DNA of 32,000 nucleotides from Methanocaldococcus jannaschii DSM 2661 (GTDB taxonomy: Archaea; AGJL01; Methanococci; Methanococcales; Methanocaldococcaceae): positions 22,128-54,127 of the forward strand of contig NC_001732.1 in assembly GCF_000091665.1 (NCBI RefSeq), read 5' to 3'. Below the pieces are notes generated by a model, which made no database searches, had not been told where the DNA came from, and saw only the letters and a program-made list of their open reading frames with translations. A program made the position numbers and the translations under genes. How positions within the stretch are numbered: the first letter of the stretch is position 1; every line of letters starts with the position of its first letter. This document shows, piece after piece, positions 16,226 through 24,027 of this stretch.

Positions 16226-16575
16226 TTTGCATCGGTATTTTGTATTTTCTTTAGTAGGAGTTTGTATTATGTTTTTATTGTATTGTTGGATTATGTTGTC
16301 ATGTTATTATTGTATTATTTAGTTATTGTATTATAATTTGTATTTTGTATTTCCTTAATGGAGAGAGGTTATTTATTTTATTGTTTTATTGTATTATTTT
16401 ATTATGTTATTAATTAATAGTTGTATTCTTTTATTATGCAATTATGTTATTCTTATGGTGTTGTTGTGTTTGAATTTCTTTTAGTGGAAATTTGAATTAT
16501 GTTATTGTTGTATTATGTTATTGCAGTGTTATTTAATTGTTGTATTATTTTACTTTGTAATTATGTTGTTCTCGT
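16221..16575. repeat. Long array of degenerate ~8-bp units in the T-rich orientation (TATTATTG)
   Basis: 'GTATTATG|TTTTTATT|GTATTGTT|GGATTATG|TTGTCATG|TTATTATT|GTATTATT|TAGTTATT|GTATTATA' runs from 16264 onward. The array is interrupted by the dyad box 'tttccttaatggagagagg' (16350-16368) and the 22-nt box (16469-16490). Confidence 0.7.
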
Positions 16576-16697
16576 GAGTTTGTTTTTTTAGGTTTTAATA
16601 GAGTGTGTTCAAAAATAGGTTGTAAGATATGGTTAGAATAGTCTTTGCTAAATTAAAAATAATTAGGTGGTAGAAAGATGAGGGTTTATTTTTCTGA

Positions 16698-18014
16698 TTA
16701 GTCTAAGGTAGTTTGCCAACTTTTTATAGCTCCAATTTCTTCTTTACATGATTCTTTAAATTTTCTTGCCATTCTTTTATCTTTAATCACTTTAATTCTC
16801 CATTTTCTTGATACTTTCTTAAGATATCCTTTTAAATTTCTATTACTAAATAACTTTAATGTTTCTTCAATTCGTTTACTGACTATGTTTTTATAATCCT
16901 TATAGAAATAATCAATTATGGAGATACTTGTGCTTCTGTATAATGCATCCATTATAGTCCCTACAGTAAACTCTTTTTCAACAAGTGAGTCCATATTTAT
17001 AGAAATATTGAGAGCATCAATTAACTTAAGAACATTTGCATTTAGAGGTTTATTTTCTGGTAATATTACAATATCTTTATCTACTCTTAATAATTTATTT
17101 TCTTTGTCTATTATACATTTCTTCTTACAAAGTTTTTGTATAATGTTTTCAATTTCTTTAAAATCATCTTCTTTTAAACTTTCTAATGAGTATTCACCTT
17201 TTGGGAGAATAATCTTTTTACTAAATACCATCCCCACTTCTGGCTCATCGTGTCCAGATAATGCCATAGATACGAGTTCTCTAAGTATAAGAATTTTAAA
17301 TAAACTTCCCTCTTTGTCATTCTCAGCATCGCAAATCAGTAAATCATAGGAAGGTTTCTCTTTTTCTCCCCAAGTTATTGGAAATATTTTATTTAGCTTT
17401 TGATTTTCATAATTACCACGTTCGAGTGAAATTTCTCCAGGTGAAACTTTTAAAATTTGAATGTCTTCTGTATCTTTTAAAACAGGATGTGTAGTTAAGT
17501 CATCAAATGACATGTAACTTACATCAGACTTATATAATCTAGGATTTTTTGTGACAGAAATGTATCCTTTGTTTATAATAACATGTAGATTCTCTTTTAA
17601 TTTCAGATATTTTTCTAATTGCTCTTTTTTGATACTTTTAGATTTGCATTCAAAAATAAGAACATGTGTATCATTATCATTAACAAGTATAACATCTGGA
17701 GTTATTTCTGCAGGATTGCCATTTTTAGTATAATATATTCCATCAAGAACGATTCTTACACCAAGAGTACTACCTTTTTTGGGTCGATATCCCAAGTCAT
17801 ATAGATGATGGGGAAAATATTTTATAGGATAAACAAGATTTAATATTATGTTGATTAGTTTAGTATGTTGAGATTGATAATCTTCAAGATTTTCTGAAAT
17901 TAAAGCGGTTATATATTCAATAATATCTTTATATGAAGGTTCTGTTGAGGTTTTCTTCTTTCCATATTTCTCGAAATAAAAATCTAAAGTTCTGTTATCT
18001 AATTCTTTCCCCAT
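16698..18014 (-). CDS. Hypothetical protein with an N-terminal PD-(D/E)xK nuclease-like motif
   Basis: 438 aa. A GAGGTGG RBS lies 6 nt before ATG 18014, inside the 3' end of the upstream gene (20-nt overlap). 'ITPDVILVNDNDTHVLIFECKSKSIKK' (aa ~104-130) gives P-D...E-x-K with the spacing and hydrophobic strands typical of restriction-endonuclease-fold nucleases. I recognised nothing in the remaining ~300 aa. Confidence 0.8.
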   Translation of the reverse strand: MGKELDNRTLDFYFEKYGKKKTSTEPSYKDIIEYITALISENLEDYQSQHTKLINIILNLVYPIKYFPHHLYDLGYRPKKGSTLGVRIVLDGIYYTKNGNPAEITPDVILVNDNDTHVLIFECKSKSIKKEQLEKYLKLKENLHVIINKGYISVTKNPRLYKSDVSYMSFDDLTTHPVLKDTEDIQILKVSPGEISLERGNYENQKLNKIFPITWGEKEKPSYDLLICDAENDKEGSLFKILILRELVSMALSGHDEPEVGMVFSKKIILPKGEYSLESLKEDDFKEIENIIQKLCKKKCIIDKENKLLRVDKDIVILPENKPLNANVLKLIDALNISINMDSLVEKEFTVGTIMDALYRSTSISIIDYFYKDYKNIVSKRIEETLKLFSNRNLKGYLKKVSRKWRIKVIKDKRMARKFKESCKEEIGAIKSWQTTLD

Positions 18015-19221
18015 ACTTTTCCACCTCTAAAATTGTCTCAGAATCATACGTCTGTTGGATATTAGATAGTAATCTTAGAGCAGTGTTTCCACATGAGCCT
18101 TTAGGTAAGTATAGTCTCATCCACCATGGAGTAACTTCTAATGAAAACCTATCTCCATTGTGCAAATCCACTCCTGAAATGTAATACATATCTTCTTCAA
18201 CTTGTTTGGCTAACCCCCAAATTTTAAAAGGTTCTTTTACTGATATTAGTCCCTCTACAAAGTTTTTTAAATCTTCAATTTCTTTTTCAAATTCGTAAAT
18301 TAGTGGTATTCTATCGCCCCAATCACTTGAAGTATAGTCAATTAGAGAATCTTCAATAATTTCAATTTTTTGTTCGTAATTTTCTATAGTTTTATCTACA
18401 ATTTCATTGTGTTTTTCTATTGATGTTCCTTTAACTGTAAATTTCCCCCAATAATAAATATCCTCCAAGACAAATTTATCTTTATCATCTTCTGAAACTA
18501 TCTTTATTTTTGATTTTGTAATTCTCATTAAGTGTTTAAATTCATGTAATTTTTTGATAGTGTTAAATATCTTTTTTATTTTTGTATCATTTAACAATTG
18601 GAAATCCTTAATTAGTTTTTCAAATTCTTGAATCTCATCTGAAGATAATGATTGGATAATTTTAATTAACTCATAGACACTTTCCCCATTACTACTAATT
18701 GATAATTTATTAGCCCTCTCTTCAACATCATTATCTAAGTAAAATGGAGTTTCATCATGTTTAGTTGATAACCCCCTAACATAATCTGCTTTTTTTAGGA
18801 ATTTTTCTAAATCACCTGTGGGCATCCATAGGTTATCTAATCTTGATTTTATTGGACTTATTAATTTATTAAAATATTTATCAGACTCTTCTGATTTTTG
18901 TAATGTGTATAATTTCCAAAATCTTGGGTTTTTAGCATCTATGAAAAAGTAACCTTCATCACCAATACGTAACATGTAGAACTCATATTCATCTAATGGT
19001 TTTATTTTTCCAGTTTTTATTATTCTTGATAATTTTTTGGGATGGATATTCGACTCTAAAATATATGTTTTTACAACATTTTGTTCGGGTTCTAATTTCG
19101 TATCGTCTAAAATGTCTTTATAAGACCTTTCCATGTTTCTTTCTAACCATTCGTATAACTGAGGACGATTTGTTATGTCGGGTATAGCACTTCCAACAAA
19201 TATTGTGTCCATAATTATCAC
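17995..19221 (-). CDS. Hypothetical protein (no recognisable motif), first gene of a two-gene operon
   Basis: 408-aa ORF. The track start is GTG 19221; the ATG at 19212 is preceded by GGAGTGTGAT. Codon and amino-acid usage look like the neighbouring real genes. It is translationally coupled to the 438-aa gene. Confidence 0.75.
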   Translation of the reverse strand: MIIMDTIFVGSAIPDITNRPQLYEWLERNMERSYKDILDDTKLEPEQNVVKTYILESNIHPKKLSRIIKTGKIKPLDEYEFYMLRIGDEGYFFIDAKNPRFWKLYTLQKSEESDKYFNKLISPIKSRLDNLWMPTGDLEKFLKKADYVRGLSTKHDETPFYLDNDVEERANKLSISSNGESVYELIKIIQSLSSDEIQEFEKLIKDFQLLNDTKIKKIFNTIKKLHEFKHLMRITKSKIKIVSEDDKDKFVLEDIYYWGKFTVKGTSIEKHNEIVDKTIENYEQKIEIIEDSLIDYTSSDWGDRIPLIYEFEKEIEDLKNFVEGLISVKEPFKIWGLAKQVEEDMYYISGVDLHNGDRFSLEVTPWWMRLYLPKGSCGNTALRLLSNIQQTYDSETILEVEKYGERIR

Positions 19222-19539
19222 ACTCCTTAATAACAGTAAAAACAGTGTAAGGTATTAAAAAACCGTCCTAATAAATACCAGCTTATTTATTTTTTGAATA
19301 ATTTGTTTTTAATGAATAAAAAATTTTCTTTCTCACTGGTGTGTCCAATATTAGAGTTGTGAGTATTATATACTCATAGCAACAAAAGATGGAAATCAGA
19401 GTCGTGGTTTATTAAACATAGGATAAAATCTTGAAAATATTCGATAATGTCATTAAGAATCTACTTTACTCTTAGATTTGAATTCAATAAATGATAGTGT
19501 TAATGTTATTGTTTTTAAATTTGGGTCTAATAATACTAT

Positions 19540-19565
19540 GTGAATTGACTTTGAAATCAATTCAC
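19540..19565. repeat. Palindromic element, copy 6 (one arm mismatch)
   Basis: GTGAATTGACTT-TG-AAATCAATTCAC. It lies ~320 nt upstream of the 408-aa gene start. Confidence 0.85.
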
Positions 19566-19613
19566 GTGAGGATCTTATCCCCTCATAATACTCCAAAAAA
19601 CAAAAACTATTAC

Positions 19614-19637
19614 TTGTGTATGTAGAGTGCAGAAACT
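19614..19637. repeat. Conserved 24-nt box, copy 2
   Basis: TTGTGTATGTAGAGTGCAGAAACT; see 14306-14329. Confidence 0.75.
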
Positions 19638-19680
19638 ACACCTCAAAGTATGAACTCTAGTCCGCAATTTTGAATTTTCT

Positions 19681-19790
19681 TTAATTATGTTATTATTGCA
19701 TTGTTGAATTATGTTGTTATATTATTATTAAATTATTTATTTATTGTATTATTGTCTTGTAGGCTATTATAAACTTGTATTTTGTACTTC
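19681..19790. repeat. Array of degenerate ~8-bp units (T-rich orientation), ending in a TTCC-N8-GGAA dyad box
   Basis: 'ATTATGTT|ATTATTGC|ATTGTTGA|ATTATGTT|GTTATATT|ATTATTAA|ATTATTTA|TTTATTGT|ATTATTGT' is followed by 'cttccttattaatggaaatc' (19788-19807). Confidence 0.65.
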
Positions 19791-20100
19791 CTTATTAATG
19801 GAAATCATCCATTATTGCTTATGTGGGCGTTATAGTATTATAGGAAGTTTATATTGTTAGAATTAACATTAAAAAGCTCTAAGTATCTATTTTCTAGATT
19901 TTTAGATTTTTATGACTAAACTCAAATTTCAAAAACATGGATTGTGAGTCTATACCGCTACATATAAAAAGTGTGAAAAGATAACAATCTCAATTTTATT
20001 GGATTCTAAATTGCATTACAAAATTAAATTGAAATATTAAATGAGCTTAAAAAAAGAAGAAATTACCAACCACTGAATAAAAATATGATTAAATTTGCAA

Positions 20101-20988
20101 TTATTCTTTGTTTTCGCATTTTTTTTGAATGACTTCTAAGATTTCTTTTTCTAATTTTAGTATTTCATTTATTGTTGTTTTAAAGGTATCTATTTCAGAC
20201 TTTAATGTATTAAATTTAGTATCAAACTTTTCATCAATCTTATTTACTTCTTCGGATAAAATTTCAATTTTATTCCATATTGGAGTTGTTACATCTCTTG
20301 TCGCAACACCGAGTATACCTCTAATGAATTGTTTTGTTACCAACTCTTCCTTATTTATTGGGAAATCATAGATTCTTACAAAACCAGATGCTGATTGCTT
20401 ATAGGATATTATAAAAGCGTGTGCATACTGTACATTATCTATGGCTACAGCTAATGGATTAATTGAAACTCCAGAAACTCCATGAGGTGGTGTCTTATTA
20501 TGAGGTTTTGTACCAACCCATAGGGGAAGACTTAACACTATACCTGATATTGTCAAACTAATACGTTTATTAGTAGTAATATAATTTGGATTCATGCTAA
20601 GCACGTTTTGCATAACTGGCGGATTCAATTTCTGATTATCATCTGCTCTCCCAACATATTGGGGACTATCACCCATCCAAACAATAATTTGACCTGCATT
20701 AAGAAATCTCCTTAGTAGGCTGTTTGATGTAGGATTATCCGGATTATCTAAAACTAAATCAGGAACAACATCTTGAGCAAATACTACCACATATTCTTTA
20801 TTTGTATCTTTAGAACCCTCCCCTAACACCCTCTGCAAACTGGGAGCGTCAATAACTTCAAAATCATATTTTTCTAGTTCTTTAGATATATGCTTAGCCA
20901 CATTATGAGGTATCCAGCTGTAAGGATAACGTTCATCATAGTATACATACAACTTCTTTTCAGTTAGTCCTGGTGTCATATGTTTCAC
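20101..20988 (-). CDS. Hypothetical partner protein of the OLD-family nuclease (globular N-domain plus C-terminal coiled coil)
   Basis: 295-aa track ORF starting at GTG 20988. The ATG at 20979 is more likely (292 aa): GGGTGA (20990-20985), which contains the OLD stop codon, sits 5 nt upstream. The C-terminal ~60 aa ('[49 protein letters not shown]') are heptad-like. The N-domain segment '[12 protein letters not shown]...[19 protein letters not shown]' is reminiscent of flavodoxin/GATase1-like folds, but only weakly. Confidence 0.75.
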
Positions 20989-22877
20989 CCTAGTTCACTA
21001 TCTATATTTAAAATAATCTTCTTGATATCTTCTGGAACTTCAGTAAGTCTTGATACTATCTTTTCTGCGATTTTACATTTCAAATATCGTTCAATCGATC
21101 TACCACTGTCCCACCCTAATGTAATAATAAACTCTTCGTCTACATTTTTTAAAACTGTGAATAATTTTCCACTAAGTTTGTGCAATAAATCTTTTTCATT
21201 TTTACCTTCTTCATTCTTACAAGCACCAAAAATTTTGATTTCATCTATAATAGATTTAATTTCTTCGTCTTGGAGAACTTCTTCATATTTATCTTTGAGA
21301 CATTCTCTTAGTAATTCATCAAGTGCGAGAATGAAATCTTCAGGTTTTATGTATCCTAGTATATCTTTTTTCTCTATTATAAATACTTCAAAATTCTCAC
21401 GTAAGCCCATATCCTTAGCTATTTTAACATTCTTTAATCCCTCTTCATCATTATCAGCAATTAAAAACACTTTAATCCCGTAATCCTCCTTAAATACTTT
21501 TATCATCTCTTTTAGACTTCTTTGAGCATAGGGTATTATAATATAGCTAAATTTAGGAAGATTTTTAAGTTGTTCTATGAGCAAATCTATGTAACCTTGC
21601 AGTATTATCCGATCGCTGTTTCCTTCGACAAGTATTGCGACATCTGAGAAAAGGAAATAACCTGGTACAACACCCAGATCTCTAGCAAGTGATTCACTAA
21701 GCCTGCTACCACGGAATGGATAAAAGATTCTTGTAGCTAGAAGCTCTGTTGGGTATCCTTCAAAGTTAATTTTAATTGAATCTTTTCGAACACCTATAAC
21801 AAACCTCTTATCTTTAAGAGTGGCAATGAAATCTGGAGAATGTGTAACTATGATTAACTGAACATTTAAATTATTAGCTAAGTCTTCCAACACCCTTGCC
21901 AAACGTCTTATATATGCAGGATGTAAGTGAATTTCTGGCTCTTCTATCAAAAATATATGATGTTTTCCTTTAGATATTATTGAAGCTAATATTCCATCAA
22001 TAATCTGATCTCCACTTCCAAAAAGTTCATAATTTAATGACATACCTTCATATGATTTTGTTAAAATTTCAGTTCTATCAGGTTGTTCATACGTGTCTAC
22101 ACTTCCTTTTATCTCTCTAAGACAATCATATAACATTCTAAGTCGTGCAAAATCTTTTATCGTGTTTTTAATGACATTTATTAATTCAGAAGATACCATA
22201 GGATGGGCAAAAAGGCCTTTAATTGGGATATTTACCATTTTATAGATCTCAGGGAATGTATTCACATAGCATATCTTATTTTTTATAAGATCTATGAATA
22301 TATTAAAGACATCTTTATTTTTTATAGTACCGCTTTCCACAATTACACATGGCACTAAAGAATCTCCAGTCTTTGACTCGATATTATGCCCTGTCACCTT
22401 ACTGTGGATTTCTTTCATTTTCTTTAAAGCTTCTTTTGCAATCTTGGATGTCTCTGATACGTAACCAAATATTATCACATTTTGGAGCTTCCATATAATT
22501 TGATTATTATTACTCTCAATGGATACTTCAATATATGCTTTCTTAACATTACTTTCTAAACCACATACCTCCCTCAATTTGTCGCCTTCTCCTTCATCAA
22601 AGTTTAGCCATACAGCAAGTTTTATAGGGTAATTCTGGTAAGTGTAAAACCATAATCTTCTAATTTGATCTTTTAAGTTTTGTTCAGTTATGGTAGTGAT
22701 ATTAAGATTTTTCTCAGTAGAATTAGTGTCGAGATTTTCAAATATGATCCTTATAACATTAAGTATCGATGTTTTTCCAGAACTATTTTTGCCTATAAGC
22801 ACTGTAACTTTCCCAAATTCTACAGTTAGATCATAAATGCTTCTAAAGTTTTCTATTTTAACCTGTTCTATTTTCAT
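20985..22877 (-). CDS. OLD-family nuclease: ABC-type ATPase fused to a C-terminal TOPRIM domain
   Basis: 630 aa. The N-terminal '[32 protein letters not shown]' contains Walker A. 'ELFGSGDQ' is signature-like, '[15 protein letters not shown]' is Walker B/D-loop, and '[10 protein letters not shown]' is the H-loop. TOPRIM motifs are '[14 protein letters not shown]' (Glu) and '[12 protein letters not shown]' (DxD). Confidence 0.88.
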
Positions 22878-23044
22878 ACACTACAACCCCTTAGTAGATT
22901 GTAGATATAACATAAAAAATATACTAATATCATTAATTTAAAAATTTTCATTATTATTAAATTTACTATTATTCTAGAAATTTGTTATAGAGTGCTATGG
23001 TTCTTCATTAAGCAATAAGAAGAAGCTTTCTACCATTTCCACTA

Positions 23045-23243
23045 AAATAAACATAAAAAATCAAACAAAAAAACAAAACAAAATAAAAATAAGTACAAAC
23101 AAAAAATACAATCAAAAATAAAACAACAATAAAATAAAAACTTGTCAAAATAAGTAAATTAATAATTTTTAAACTAAAAAATAAAAAATTAAAAGAGGGG
23201 GAGGGGAGAGCCCGAGAGGGAGGGGGAGGAAACAGAAAGAAAA
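23045..23243. repeat. Right copy of the ~200-bp inverted repeat
   Basis: The core GAGGGGGAGGGGAGAGCCCGAGAGGGAGGGGGAG (23195-23228) is at the outer end. The A-rich arm runs inward to ~23045 and ends in 'ccatttccactaaaa'. This copy is shorter than the left one and has no long octamer array. Confidence 0.9.
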
Positions 23244-23263
23244 TAAAAACAGAAAACAGTAAA

Positions 23264-23707
23264 CTAATTCCCCACAATCAACTTATAATCCTCCTCAGGA
23301 ATCTCCCTCATAGCCTTACCCATCAAATGCCCACTCCACCTCTTCTTATTAGTAATAAATTTAAGCTTCGGGATCAACTCCTTAAAATTAATTGGTGGTT
23401 CAAAGACTTTAATTTCCTTTAATTTAACTCTATATGGAAACTTCTCATTAGGATTTCTTGGAGTTGGCTTAAAAATTTTTGAACTATCCTTATAAACCTC
23501 TGAAACAACCTCATAAACTCCTCTTATGTATGGGGGTTTATAATCCTTTCCACTCCTCTGAATCTCATAAATAATCAGCTTATCTCCTACTTTAACTTTG
23601 TTTATGGTGTTTTTGTACCTCTCTGCTACACCCCAAATCTTCTTCTCTTTTATAACCTTCCAGTTATCCTCGTTGGTTATACAGAGCCAGTATGCCATAA
23701 GATCCAC
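23264..23707 (-). CDS. EVE / PUA-like (ASCH-superfamily) domain protein
   Basis: 147-aa track ORF starting at GTG; the ATG at 23698 gives '[13 protein letters not shown]...'. The pattern 'YWL..t......v......WGV.....N.i.[11 protein letters not shown]......GV.EVVSE...D' matches stand-alone EVE/PUA-like domain proteins. From memory this is the UPF0310 family. Confidence 0.75.
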
Positions 23708-23812
23708 TATAATTAACTTTTTAATAACTTTTTCAATAAAAAATATTTTTAGAGCTTTTGTAATATATAACCTATTAGATTTGGGAGGTACTTTCTATAT
23801 TTGGTGGTTGTT

Positions 23813-23971
23813 ATGAGATTTTTAACGCTTGTGGTAGTAATTATTTTGCTGTTATTCCCAGTATTTGCTGGTTGTATTGGTAGAGTTTGGGATAATGACT
23901 CTGGGGGAGGTTTTTTGTTAATACTTTTAGAAAATGAGACTTCAAATATACATTTAATACATCTGATGTAG
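23813..23971 (+). CDS. Small ORF with signal-peptide/lipobox-like N-terminus (not in the supplied track; 52 aa)
   Basis: My own translation gives 'MRFLTLVVVIILLLFPVFAGCIGRVWDNDSGGGFLLILLENETSNIHLIHLM*'. GGTGG lies a few nt upstream of ATG 23813. The sequence has a hydrophobic core followed by 'FAGC'. It sits directly upstream of, and on the same strand as, the 237-aa ORF. Confidence 0.3.
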   Translation: MRFLTLVVVIILLLFPVFAGCIGRVWDNDSGGGFLLILLENETSNIHLIHLM

Positions 23972-24027
23972 ACATTTTTAAATTCTGTAATATTTCTAAT
24001 AATGAAACCTGTATTGTAATTGGGAAA

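Noticed and set aside
15903-16322. ORFs 15903-16091 and 16134-16322 (Pro/Leu- and Phe/Cys-rich 'proteins')
   Set aside because: They read through the palindrome, the G/C-rich mirror core and the T-rich repeat arm. The same DNA occurs inverted at 23045-23243, where it gives a different spurious ORF. The conservation is at the nucleotide level, not the protein level.
16918-19187. Plus-strand ORFs 16918-17349, 17551-17733, 17619-17804, 17933-18184 and 18996-19187
   Set aside because: They are antisense shadows of the 438-aa and 408-aa genes. They have low-complexity hydrophobic translations, no RBS, and overlap one another.
8211-19790. Possibility that the palindromes plus the arrays represent a CRISPR locus
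   Set aside because: The palindrome copies are kilobases apart and are not separated by regular 30-40-bp unique spacers. The arrays have 8-bp units with no spacer structure. No cas genes are present.
20129-21483. Plus-strand ORFs 20129-20371 and 20980-21483
   Set aside because: They are antisense to the OLD partner and the OLD gene. Their Ser/Phe/Ile-rich translations are typical of the reverse strand of Lys/Glu-rich AT-rich genes.
20101-22877. Labelling the OLD pair as Gabija (GajA/GajB)
   Set aside because: The partner is ~292 aa with no Walker or helicase motifs, so it is not a UvrD-like GajB. Only the OLD architecture is shared.
20101-22877. Claiming horizontal acquisition of the OLD operon from its higher G+C
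   Set aside because: My spot counts gave ~33-40% G+C in single lines here against ~20% in a line of the rep gene. However, hsdR (~37% in one line) and the 408/438 genes (~30-33%) are similar. Without a full sliding-window and codon-usage analysis, the signal is not decisive.
16006-23243. Calling the IR-bounded segment an insertion sequence or composite transposon
   Set aside because: No transposase, integrase or recombinase is recognisable inside or adjacent. No clear target-site duplication is visible, as the flanks are just T-rich. It is kept only as a hypothesis under findings.
23008-23277. 89-aa ORF across the right inverted repeat
   Set aside because: It is a translation of the repeat (FFLFPPPPSRALPSPSF...) and is the counterpart of the left-copy artefacts. 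It also overlaps the 3' end of the EVE gene.
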